Below, piece after piece: positions 31,993-39,050 of a stretch of 64,000 nt of DNA; within the stretch, counting starts at the first letter, position 1, and the number at the start of each line of letters is the position of its first letter. The stretch lies in the sequence record OR352938.1. One strand, written 5' to 3'. The notes beneath the pieces are model-generated. The model saw only the letters and a program-made list of their open reading frames with translations, ran no database searches and was not told the origin of the DNA. The DNA comes from Escherichia phage AV108. The position numbers and the translations under genes were made by a program.

Positions 31993-32172
31993 TTAGAACA
32001 TTTTTGAAATTAATTCTGCTTTGATTTCGCAGAGAACATCTAAAGATTTCTCGTCACCCGCTTTTGCTGCTTCTGCTTGCATTTTTGAAATGGCTTCAAT
32101 GTCAGTGCAATTATAAGCCGCTTGAACTTTAGCTATTGCGATGATTGCCGATTCGATGGTTAAGTGTTTCAT
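31993..32172 (-). CDS. hypothetical small protein (59 aa)
   Basis: ORF with GGAGAA RBS; below track cutoff. Confidence 0.4.
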   Translation of the reverse strand: MKHLTIESAIIAIAKVQAAYNCTDIEAISKMQAEAAKAGDEKSLDVLCEIKAELISKMF

Positions 32173-32204
32173 GTTTGATTCTCCTTTCGTTTCGGTATGT
32201 GTGC

Positions 32205-32234
32205 ATTATAGGGGATCACCGATCCCCCTGTCAA
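32205..32234 (-). promoter_or_regulatory. sigma70-like early promoter with palindromic spacer (PeSL-type)
   Basis: TTGACA - GGGGGATCGGTGATCCCC - TATAAT on minus strand; spacer is an inverted repeat with two GATC. Confidence 0.65.
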
Positions 32235-32241
32235 CAATTTT

Positions 32242-32760
32242 TTAGTTATTTTTTAATTGCTCATCTTGCAATAGGGCAATCACATGCTGGCGATGTTCTT
32301 CCGATTGAGGCACACCGAAAAAGTTTGTTTTGTAGAAATACTCTAATCGGTCTTCTCGTGTGCTCTCTTCCATCATGATCGCGGGTAGTCCGAGATTTCG
32401 GAAACGTCGCTTTTCTGCTGGCGTAAAATCACTGTAATACAACATAGAATCATCATTACAAGCAATGCTAAACTCATCCTTCATAAAGGAGAATATTGCG
32501 TTTAAACGCTGTTTACCGTCCACGATTTCGATCTCATAGCGAGAGCCATCATCAATCTTAGCCATTGCGATAGCACCAACCGGAAAATCATTAATCAGGT
32601 TTTCGATAAACATACGTTTGTTTTCGGTGTCCCATACTAAAGGACGCTGATAATCTGGGTTCATGTTGATATAGCCATCTTCTAACCATGCATCATAAAC
32701 AGAGATGACAAAGTTTTTAGTATTGGTATAGTAACGGCGTTTAGGCGTTAAACGGTTCAT
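32242..32760 (-). CDS. DUF262 / ParB-like nucleotide-binding domain protein
   Basis: 172 aa from ATG 32760 (AGGAG RBS); PDYQRPLVW and IVDGKQRLNAIF match the DUF262 (GmrS-like) signature. Confidence 0.6.
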   Translation of the reverse strand: MNRLTPKRRYYTNTKNFVISVYDAWLEDGYINMNPDYQRPLVWDTENKRMFIENLINDFPVGAIAMAKIDDGSRYEIEIVDGKQRLNAIFSFMKDEFSIACNDDSMLYYSDFTPAEKRRFRNLGLPAIMMEESTREDRLEYFYKTNFFGVPQSEEHRQHVIALLQDEQLKNN

Positions 32761-32761
32761 G

Positions 32762-33094
32762 TTATAGTCTCCTGAATGGATCATCACGTAAATCAATATC
32801 TTTTAAGAACTCAACCCATGAATGCCGGATATTGTTCTTAATTCTCCAGATAAGCGCAGGGATTGAACGCTCTCCCATCTGGAAGTATGGATCATATGAT
32901 CCGTATGCCCAATATGCTACTACAATTCCACAATCAGCGCAATAGTATTCTATTTCACTTGCTGGCGACCAAAGTCCATCAATATGATCGGTGATCTTGC
33001 TTTCGATGTTATGGCTATGACAATCAGGGCAACGGATGCAATGACCTTGTTTATCGTAATTTGACGTTAGCGAATACTTAAACAATCTCATCAT
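32762..33094 (-). CDS. Cys-rich zinc-ribbon-like protein
   Basis: 110 aa with CIRCPDC...CADCG; start overlaps the MTase-like gene stop as ATGA. Confidence 0.55.
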   Translation of the reverse strand: MMRLFKYSLTSNYDKQGHCIRCPDCHSHNIESKITDHIDGLWSPASEIEYYCADCGIVVAYWAYGSYDPYFQMGERSIPALIWRIKNNIRHSWVEFLKDIDLRDDPFRRL

Positions 33095-33807
33095 AGATCC
33101 TTATTGGCTTCAAATACTGCCTTTGCGAATCCTCGCGGGGTAAGTGACCTTATAGTCTTTGTTTTCGTTCCTTTCCCGCCTAGCTTAGAATGCTGTTTAC
33201 TGTACCCTTTATTAATCTGCAACGGTTTCTTTTCTGGCATTATAAAGCCTTGTCCGGTCCATAAGCAAGTCTTTTTCGGGTACATATCACGGGCGGCGAT
33301 ATACTCAGGAAAAGTAGGATGTTTATCATCTTCCGGCAAATAACCGCCATATTCCCACGGATGGAACATGTAATCAGGCTTACGCCACATACTAGAGATA
33401 ACGCTTACAGGATTCTCTATCATGTAGGGAACTCCTAGCCATTCACCCAAATAAGCGGTTATTTTAGCTGCCCTTACATCATGAACTTGAATCAATGGTC
33501 CTTGTTCTAGTTTCTTTCGTTCAAAGTGCGCAGCGCCACTAACAGCTAAATTGGTGCACGGTGGGAATGCAAAGATAATATCCGGTTTCCCCCATTCAAG
33601 GTCCATTGCTCTTTCCAGCCAATTCAAATCAATCCATGTGTTTACATAGGTAATGTTTGGATGTTCAAATCTGGTATTATACTTTTTGTATGTACCGTGG
33701 TCGGCGTCATCCGCATTAAAGCAGACTACCTTATGACCTGCTTTAGCCCATTCTAGCCCCATTATCCCCGATCCGTCAAAGTTGCAGAATATTAATTTTT
33801 GTTTCAT
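33091..33807 (-). CDS. minimal C5-cytosine methyltransferase-like protein
   Basis: 238 aa; motif I-like FCNFDGSG, motif IV-like FPPC..LAVSGA, motif VI-like ENP, C-terminal RSLTPRG; no room for a normal target-recognition domain. Confidence 0.55.
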   Translation of the reverse strand: MKQKLIFCNFDGSGIMGLEWAKAGHKVVCFNADDADHGTYKKYNTRFEHPNITYVNTWIDLNWLERAMDLEWGKPDIIFAFPPCTNLAVSGAAHFERKKLEQGPLIQVHDVRAAKITAYLGEWLGVPYMIENPVSVISSMWRKPDYMFHPWEYGGYLPEDDKHPTFPEYIAARDMYPKKTCLWTGQGFIMPEKKPLQINKGYSKQHSKLGGKGTKTKTIRSLTPRGFAKAVFEANKDL

Positions 33808-34049
33808 ATACGACCCTTTAACCCAGCACAGATTTTAGTCGGTTCTTTACCGTGCCACATTAAGTAAAGTCCGTTAATGCGACCTTGTTTTGTGTGTGAT
33901 TCTTTTCTGATCTTCTTATAGTGTCGTGCTTCCTCAACTGATTGTTTAGAATACCAATCATAAAGGAAGAGGCACAAAGGCCAACCATTAGCGGCCTTAA
34001 TGCAGTTATTAAGAAATTCCTTATTGCGTTTAATTAATTTTCTTTTCAC
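33804..34049 (-). CDS. hypothetical basic protein (81 aa)
   Basis: GTG start overlapping upstream stop (GTGA); coupled to MTase-like gene (ATGA). Confidence 0.45.
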   Translation of the reverse strand: MKRKLIKRNKEFLNNCIKAANGWPLCLFLYDWYSKQSVEEARHYKKIRKESHTKQGRINGLYLMWHGKEPTKICAGLKGRI

Positions 34050-34297
34050 GCTGCCCCCATTGGTTTGATAGTAACAGAATCTAAAAGACCTTTGTTAGCC
34101 AGTTCTCGGCAAGTTTTCAGATCCGCAACTTCCCAGCCAGCCGCAATCAGGTTATCAATCAGGCTGTTAGCAACTTCTTCGCTCATGAAAGAGCACTGTT
34201 TGCCGATGGTGTAGCGCACACGCTGTAATTTCAGTTTACGGAAGCCTTTAACGTTCAGGTCTTTAGCGATTTTCTTTGCGGTTTCGATGTTAACCAT
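34046..34297 (-). CDS. hypothetical protein (83 aa), first gene of coupled operon
   Basis: ATG with GGAGAA RBS directly downstream of a PeSL-type promoter. Confidence 0.5.
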   Translation of the reverse strand: MVNIETAKKIAKDLNVKGFRKLKLQRVRYTIGKQCSFMSEEVANSLIDNLIAAGWEVADLKTCRELANKGLLDSVTIKPMGAA

Positions 34298-34337
34298 TGT
34301 TTGATTCTCCTAAGTGGTATCTCGTCTTGATGGTTGT

Positions 34338-34366
34338 ATTGTAGGGGAGTTATCCTCCCCTGTCAA
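34338..34366 (-). promoter_or_regulatory. sigma70-like early promoter with palindromic spacer (PeSL-type)
   Basis: TTGACA - GGGGAGGATAACTCCCC - TACAAT on minus strand. Confidence 0.6.
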
Positions 34367-34380
34367 CACTTTTTATAAAA

Positions 34381-34548
34381 TTATTTGTTAATTTCTGGTG
34401 CGTTGCTAGGATAGTAACCTTCTTTAACTCCGAGGTATTTCGCAACCATCCCTACAATCTTCTGTGCTACTACAATGTCAAATTTAAGATAATCTTCGCC
34501 GTGGGTTTCAATGATATATGCTTCACATGCTGCTTTAGTCTCGAACAT
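34381..34548 (-). CDS. hypothetical small protein (55 aa), paralog of 37663-37830
   Basis: Almost identical at protein level to the 37663-37830 ORF (EAYI...HGEDYLKFDIVVAQKI.GMVAKYLGVKEGYYPSNAPEINK). Confidence 0.5.
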   Translation of the reverse strand: MFETKAACEAYIIETHGEDYLKFDIVVAQKIVGMVAKYLGVKEGYYPSNAPEINK

Positions 34549-34581
34549 TTTGATTCTCCTATTTAGTTTCGTTATGTGTGC

Positions 34582-34610
34582 ATTATAGGGGATCTCCCGA
34601 TCCCCGTCAA
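34582..34610 (-). promoter_or_regulatory. sigma70-like early promoter with palindromic spacer (PeSL-type)
   Basis: TTGACG - GGGATCGGGAGATCCCC - TATAAT on minus strand. Confidence 0.6.
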
Positions 34611-34624
34611 CAACTTTTTTAAAA

Positions 34625-34906
34625 TTATTCGTGATTAGTTTCGATGTTGTGTATTTTGCACCAGTTCAGCCAATCGCCAAGATCCTGATAGTTGATGCTT
34701 TTATCTGCTGCCATCGTTTTTGTCTTGATACCCATATGTGCGTTATGGGTAAGCATTTTTACAGTGAACTCAATTTTATCGCCTTTAGCTTTAACATCAA
34801 CCAGTTTGGTCCACTGGCTACCAGCGCCTCGAATGTTCATACCAACGATGTTTCCGATGTATGCTTCTTTGTTTTTCAGGATTTCGGTTGCTTTGATGAA
34901 TTTCAT
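34625..34906 (-). CDS. hypothetical protein (93 aa)
   Basis: ORF with GGAGAA RBS downstream of promoter 34940-34968. Confidence 0.5.
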   Translation of the reverse strand: MKFIKATEILKNKEAYIGNIVGMNIRGAGSQWTKLVDVKAKGDKIEFTVKMLTHNAHMGIKTKTMAADKSINYQDLGDWLNWCKIHNIETNHE

Positions 34907-34939
34907 TTTTGATTCTCCAGTTCGTTTCGGTATGGGTGT

Positions 34940-34968
34940 ATTATGCTATGTTCTTACTTTGGTGTCAA
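34940..34968 (-). promoter_or_regulatory. sigma70-like early promoter (TTGACA-17-CATAAT)
   Basis: Minus-strand -35/-10 pair upstream of 34625-34906. Confidence 0.55.
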
Positions 34969-34976
34969 CAACTTTT

Positions 34977-35246
34977 TTAGATATTTTCAGAAATAAATTT
35001 TAAAACTTGACGTAAATGTTTCTCATCTTTGATAGTCGCCGGAAGTTCTTCTTTTACTTCCTGTGCAAGATAGATATTTCCGTTCCAAGTGAAAGATCCG
35101 TCTTCGTTTACGCGATAGCTGAACATCCACTCGCAATCATTTTCGATTTCATATACACACAGAAGGGTGTAATCGTTAAAGCTATTGATTTCAAGGTCGA
35201 AGCCGTGACGTTTTGCAAAGTTGGTAGTGGTTTTAGTCAGCGCCAT
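34977..35246 (-). CDS. hypothetical protein (89 aa)
   Basis: ORF with GGAGAA RBS downstream of promoter 35287-35315. Confidence 0.5.
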   Translation of the reverse strand: MALTKTTTNFAKRHGFDLEINSFNDYTLLCVYEIENDCEWMFSYRVNEDGSFTWNGNIYLAQEVKEELPATIKDEKHLRQVLKFISENI

Positions 35247-35286
35247 TGTTTGATTCTCCTAAGTGGTATCTCGTTTCGATGGGTGT

Positions 35287-35315
35287 ATTATGCTATAGGC
35301 GTGATCTGGTGTCAA
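35287..35315 (-). promoter_or_regulatory. sigma70-like early promoter (TTGACA-17-CATAAT)
   Basis: Minus-strand -35/-10 pair. Confidence 0.55.
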
Positions 35316-35340
35316 CAACTTTTTTAATTTTTTGGAAATA

Positions 35341-35363
35341 AAAAAGCCGACACTAAGGTCGGC
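35341..35363 (-). terminator. rho-independent terminator (GCCGAC-loop-GTCGGC)
   Basis: Hairpin with minus-strand U5, after the 35372-35680 gene. Confidence 0.6.
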
Positions 35364-35371
35364 TAATAAAA

Positions 35372-35680
35372 TCATTTAGACAAATAATCATTCAGTGCAA
35401 TCCGGTCGGCGTATGCTGGTGTTACGTCAATCGCAATCACTTTAACGCGTGCTTTCTTGCGACCTGGGTTTTCTCGTAACCAGTGCTCATGACCGTGAAC
35501 ATTTTTATACTTTGATGCTTCTTCAAATGTACGGATCGGACCTGGATAATCTGCGTAAAGGATCTCTAGGTCTTCGGTGATGTAAAAATATACATCATAA
35601 TTACTGTTCTCTAGTTTAAGCAGAGACTTTCTGAACATTGGGAGATTTTCGCGGGTAAATTCAAAGATATTATCTTTCAT
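35372..35680 (-). CDS. small early protein, HxHW paralog family member 1
   Basis: 102 aa; C-terminal HGHEHWL...VIAIDV shared with five neighbouring ORFs. Confidence 0.55.
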   Translation of the reverse strand: MKDNIFEFTRENLPMFRKSLLKLENSNYDVYFYITEDLEILYADYPGPIRTFEEASKYKNVHGHEHWLRENPGRKKARVKVIAIDVTPAYADRIALNDYLSK

Positions 35681-35704
35681 AGTATTATCCTCAATAGTTT
35701 GATG

Positions 35705-35728
35705 AAAAGGGGTGGGGCTTAACGCCCC
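35705..35728 (-). terminator. rho-independent terminator (GGGGC-TTAAC-GCCCC)
   Basis: Same hairpin as at 31688; minus-strand U-run follows. Confidence 0.55.
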
Positions 35729-35733
35729 GTATA

Positions 35734-36021
35734 TTAAAACAGTCCTTCCTGTACACCGTAGTAGAGTTCATCGCTGATAATTTCATTAATGCGACGGTGT
35801 GCATATTCCTGATTTGCGAAGTTATCAGCAAGTTCTACTTTAGTTTCGCCGTCATGAGTCCATTTAGTGATAACTTTACCATCTGCAAATTTGAAGTTGA
35901 ACTCTTTAGCTACTGCATCACGTACCAGACGTGCGAACTTGTTGTTACGGATTGCATTATCGGTTTCGTGTGCAGCGTGAGCGAATTTATTAACTTTCAG
36001 AGTGATAGTAATGTATGCCAT
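35734..36021 (-). CDS. hypothetical protein (95 aa)
   Basis: ORF with GGAGAA RBS downstream of promoter 36068-36096. Confidence 0.5.
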   Translation of the reverse strand: MAYITITLKVNKFAHAAHETDNAIRNNKFARLVRDAVAKEFNFKFADGKVITKWTHDGETKVELADNFANQEYAHRRINEIISDELYYGVQEGLF

Positions 36022-36067
36022 AAGTTGATTCTCCTAGTTAGAAAGTGTATCTCGTTTCGATGGGTGT

Positions 36068-36096
36068 ATTATGCTATACACCCGATCTTATGTCAA
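36068..36096 (-). promoter_or_regulatory. sigma70-like early promoter (TTGACA-17-CATAAT)
   Basis: Minus-strand -35/-10 pair. Confidence 0.55.
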
Positions 36097-36102
36097 CACT
36101 TT

Positions 36103-36381
36103 TTATAAAATAATTTTTTGATATTTTTCTATGATGTTTGTGTAGGTCACGTCAACCGCTAGCACCGTTGCTTCGAATCCACCGTTTAACCAATGGCTAT
36201 GATCATGATCGTGAAAGAAACCTAGACCAGTACGAAGACCTTCTTTATATTCGGAGCGTACATTTAGATCATCATCGATAAACAGATAAAACCATGAATT
36301 TTTACTAGGATTGATGATACAACCTTTCAGATTAGGGAGAATATCACGACTAAGAATAAACTTATCACCTACTTTGAGCAT
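36103..36381 (-). CDS. small early protein, HxHW paralog family member 2
   Basis: 92 aa from ATG 36381 (GAGG RBS); HDHDHSHWL...VLAVDV. Confidence 0.5.
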   Translation of the reverse strand: MLKVGDKFILSRDILPNLKGCIINPSKNSWFYLFIDDDLNVRSEYKEGLRTGLGFFHDHDHSHWLNGGFEATVLAVDVTYTNIIEKYQKIIL

Positions 36382-36404
36382 AATATTTTCCTCACTTATA
36401 AAGT

Positions 36405-36704
36405 TTAACTGTTGTTTTTCTCGTAATGCTGAATGCGTGCTTGATCTGCTTCCGCTGGTGATAGATTCCATGCAACCACTACAACTTCTGACGCATCGTC
36501 ATCCGTTTTTGATACCCAATGATTGTGATTCATACAGTTATTTGCTATCGAGTGAGCAAATGATTTCATCACTGGAGACGTATAATCATAGTAACGGATT
36601 TTCAGATTTTCATCAACGTACAAATAGATCGTATAAGGTTTATATTCAGTAACCAGTAACAGACAGTTACGCAATTCTGGGAAAATCTTTTTAGTTAATT
36701 TCAT
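36405..36704 (-). CDS. small early protein, HxHW paralog family member 3
   Basis: 99 aa from ATG 36704 (GAGGA RBS); NHNHWV...VVVVAW. Confidence 0.5.
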   Translation of the reverse strand: MKLTKKIFPELRNCLLLVTEYKPYTIYLYVDENLKIRYYDYTSPVMKSFAHSIANNCMNHNHWVSKTDDDASEVVVVAWNLSPAEADQARIQHYEKNNS

Positions 36705-36705
36705 T

Positions 36706-36924
36706 TTATAATCCTCGGTCGCGGCTATAGTACACGGTACGCCATACAATTTCATGTTTCGTGTCGCTCCAGCACACGATCTCATTTACTCTTAAATCTT
36801 TGTTATCAACAAAAGATGAACATTGTGACGCTTCTTTCATCATTTTATCTGCTGTTTTCTCATCAAATACAGCACAGATTTCTTTATACACTCGATAATC
36901 TTTGAATTGACTCTGGATACCCAT
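36706..36924 (-). CDS. hypothetical small protein, paralog of 36884-37147
   Basis: Shares FK.Y..Y.......F.EKMM..AS.C.SF pattern with the adjacent ORF; start codon uncertain. Confidence 0.4.
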   Translation of the reverse strand: MGIQSQFKDYRVYKEICAVFDEKTADKMMKEASQCSSFVDNKDLRVNEIVCWSDTKHEIVWRTVYYSRDRGL

Positions 36925-37147
36925 AATTAACACCATTCCAACCAATTGTTTTTGAGAAAACGTTTATCCACTGTTGAGTGTAGCATGTTTCTTTCCATGA
37001 TACAATACGAGTAGAATAATGGTTTTTGTTTCCAGAAAAGGACGGGCATTTTGATGCATCTTCCATCATCTTTTCGGCGAACTCTGGTGCGTATACTCGC
37101 AGGATCTGTTGATATGCTTTGTATTCTTTAAATTTGCTCATAATCAT
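36884..37147 (-). CDS. hypothetical small protein, paralog of 36706-36924
   Basis: 87 aa; overlaps neighbours at both ends; boundaries uncertain. Confidence 0.4.
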   Translation of the reverse strand: MIMSKFKEYKAYQQILRVYAPEFAEKMMEDASKCPSFSGNKNHYSTRIVSWKETCYTQQWINVFSKTIGWNGVNYGYPESIQRLSSV

Positions 37148-37406
37148 TCACTACCTTATCAGCTTCTTTTGTTGTTTTTACATCAACTGCGATAACTCGT
37201 AAAGGTTCGTCATGGTTCCACCAGTGGTCATGAATATCAGCTTGTGATTTATCACCAAAGGAATCACGAATATCATTTTTACATTTATAGCTAATGTGAC
37301 CTTCATAGTCAACATAAAGGTAATTATCGAAAATCGGCGTTTTTAAGATCATACCGAAAAATCTTTCTTTGTGTGTCTTATCCAGCGTTGCAGTAATTCG
37401 CATCAT
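37128..37406 (-). CDS. small early protein, HxHW paralog family member 4
   Basis: 92 aa; IHDHWW...VIAVDV. Confidence 0.5.
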   Translation of the reverse strand: MMRITATLDKTHKERFFGMILKTPIFDNYLYVDYEGHISYKCKNDIRDSFGDKSQADIHDHWWNHDEPLRVIAVDVKTTKEADKVVNDYEQI

Positions 37407-37418
37407 AATATATTCCTC

Positions 37419-37598
37419 TTAGAAAGGGATGGTCATTTCTTGAGCTTGTACATTCTCGTTAGGATTAAACTTCATCCAACCGATATTGTCTACCAGCATA
37501 TGCACATTTTTATCATATCCTACGTGGGTAGTCAATACTGTATGTGCTTTACCTTCAATGATGAGTTCCATGTACTTCTGAACTTCGATAGCTTTCAT
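37419..37598 (-). CDS. hypothetical small protein (59 aa)
   Basis: ORF with GGAGAA RBS downstream of promoter 37631-37659. Confidence 0.4.
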   Translation of the reverse strand: MKAIEVQKYMELIIEGKAHTVLTTHVGYDKNVHMLVDNIGWMKFNPNENVQAQEMTIPF

Positions 37599-37630
37599 TT
37601 TGATTCTCCGTTTGTTGTCTTGATGGGAGT

Positions 37631-37659
37631 ATCTTACTACTCCCTTTAATCATTGTCAA
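37631..37659 (-). promoter_or_regulatory. sigma70-like early promoter with palindromic spacer (weaker -10)
   Basis: TTGACA then GGGAGTAGTAAGATACTCCC palindrome with TAAGAT as -10. Confidence 0.4.
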
Positions 37660-37662
37660 CTA

Positions 37663-37830
37663 TTATTTGTTAATTTCTGGTGCGTTGCTCGGATAGTAAC
37701 CTTCTTTAACACCAAGATATTTTGCAACCATTCCGGTGATCTTCTGTGCTACTACGATATCGAATTTCAGGTAGTCTTCACCGTGGTTTGCTACAATGTA
37801 CGCTTCGCATTCTGCTTTAGTCTGGAACAT
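37663..37830 (-). CDS. hypothetical small protein (55 aa), paralog of 34381-34548
   Basis: ATG at 37830; about 85 percent nucleotide identity to the 34381-34548 copy by eye. Confidence 0.5.
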   Translation of the reverse strand: MFQTKAECEAYIVANHGEDYLKFDIVVAQKITGMVAKYLGVKEGYYPSNAPEINK

Positions 37831-37864
37831 TTTTGATTCTCCTATATCTCGTTGGTATGTGTGC

Positions 37865-37893
37865 ATTATAGGGGATCGGTGATCCCCTGTCAA
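37865..37893 (-). promoter_or_regulatory. sigma70-like early promoter with palindromic spacer (PeSL-type)
   Basis: TTGACA - GGGGATCACCGATCCCC - TATAAT on minus strand. Confidence 0.65.
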
Positions 37894-37898
37894 CAACT

Positions 37899-38192
37899 TT
37901 ATAATGCTTTATATGCGTATTTCATAAATTTGTCTGCCACTTCATTGGCATGTTCAGATTCTACGCCTGATTCGAGAACAATAGCTAGGTCGGTTTCGTC
38001 ATTCCCGCCGTACCAATGATTTGATGTTCGATTTTTTTCAATTGGAAATTGGTCACTTTTATCTGTGCGACAAAATACATCTAAATGCTCGTCGATGTAA
38101 AAGATCCAATCTTCATAAAGAATAACGGTATTAGCAAGATTTTTATTGCCTTCAACGAAAGGTTCGGCTACAAACAAATTAGTATGTTCCAT
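37899..38192 (-). CDS. small early protein, HxHW paralog family member 5 (divergent)
   Basis: 97 aa from ATG 38192 (GAGG RBS); SNHWYGG...AIVLE. Confidence 0.45.
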   Translation of the reverse strand: MEHTNLFVAEPFVEGNKNLANTVILYEDWIFYIDEHLDVFCRTDKSDQFPIEKNRTSNHWYGGNDETDLAIVLESGVESEHANEVADKFMKYAYKAL

Positions 38193-38208
38193 AGTATTTT
38201 CCTCAAAA

Positions 38209-38400
38209 TTATACAGCTTCGTAAACTTCCCAATGTCCAACACCAGCACGCTTAACGAAAAGGTTTTCTTTGATGTTATTCATAAACGTCTGGATGGATT
38301 TAATGCGATTTGAAGGTTTCCAGTCTTCGTTGGCATTGCGTCGATACATCATAACATTACCAGTTCGCTTATATTCAGCAACCATTTTAAGACCACACAT
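38209..38400 (-). CDS. hypothetical protein (63 aa)
   Basis: ORF in compact minus-strand array. Confidence 0.35.
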   Translation of the reverse strand: MCGLKMVAEYKRTGNVMMYRRNANEDWKPSNRIKSIQTFMNNIKENLFVKRAGVGHWEVYEAV

Positions 38401-38457
38401 AATATTATCCTCAATTTGTGGGAGAGTATTACCCCTCCCAATGATTGTTATGTTATA

Positions 38458-38778
38458 TCACACAAAATGGCGTGTCAATGCTTCTTTTGCGGTTCCGCTA
38501 AGACTTTCGATCTCTCCTGGCATAACATCAACCGCCAGAACTTCTACAACATCCTCGGACCCTAACCAGTGAGTATGACCTTTGTAGAACTTAATAACCA
38601 GACTACCTTCCTCGTCCCATTTAACGCTATCGCTAGCCCACCACACATCACCGTCGATAAAGTTGATGTAAAGCACACTACGCCACATTGAATTAATTAC
38701 TTTCAATACTGCGCCTTTCATCTCTTCCACGGTATGGTCTTCCATTTTGAAGACCTCACCTACCTGAACTTTTGCCAT
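38458..38778 (-). CDS. small early protein, HxHW paralog family member 6
   Basis: 106 aa; GHTHWL...VLAVDV. Confidence 0.5.
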   Translation of the reverse strand: MAKVQVGEVFKMEDHTVEEMKGAVLKVINSMWRSVLYINFIDGDVWWASDSVKWDEEGSLVIKFYKGHTHWLGSEDVVEVLAVDVMPGEIESLSGTAKEALTRHFV

Positions 38779-38795
38779 TTAGTCACCTCTCTTTA

Positions 38796-38975
38796 TTACA
38801 TAACAATCACGCCAGCCGTTGAAAGTTGATGTTTCAACTGAGCATTTTCTGCTACCGTCAAATCAATGATTTCTTGTGACGCTGCAATCATATAGCCATT
38901 GGTGATATTGTTTTGCATCAGTTCAATGGTTTCTTCGTTGTAGCGGATTTTAGCGATGATTTCGTTGAAGTTCAT
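38796..38975 (-). CDS. hypothetical small protein (59 aa)
   Basis: ORF with GGAGAA RBS downstream of promoter 39010-39038. Confidence 0.4.
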   Translation of the reverse strand: MNFNEIIAKIRYNEETIELMQNNITNGYMIAASQEIIDLTVAENAQLKHQLSTAGVIVM

Positions 38976-39009
38976 AATTGATTCTCCTAGTTCGTTTCGG
39001 TATGTGTGT

Positions 39010-39038
39010 AGTATAGGGGATCACCGATCCCCTGTCAA
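39010..39038 (-). promoter_or_regulatory. sigma70-like early promoter with palindromic spacer (PeSL-type)
   Basis: TTGACA - GGGGATCGGTGATCCCC - TATACT on minus strand. Confidence 0.6.
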
Positions 39039-39050
39039 CAACTTTTTGAA

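Noticed and set aside
31958-39038. Regularly spaced repeated elements resembling a CRISPR array
   Set aside because: The repeats are sigma70-type promoter cassettes with variable palindromic spacers, each followed by an RBS and an ORF; intervals are 250-800 bp coding units, not short spacers.
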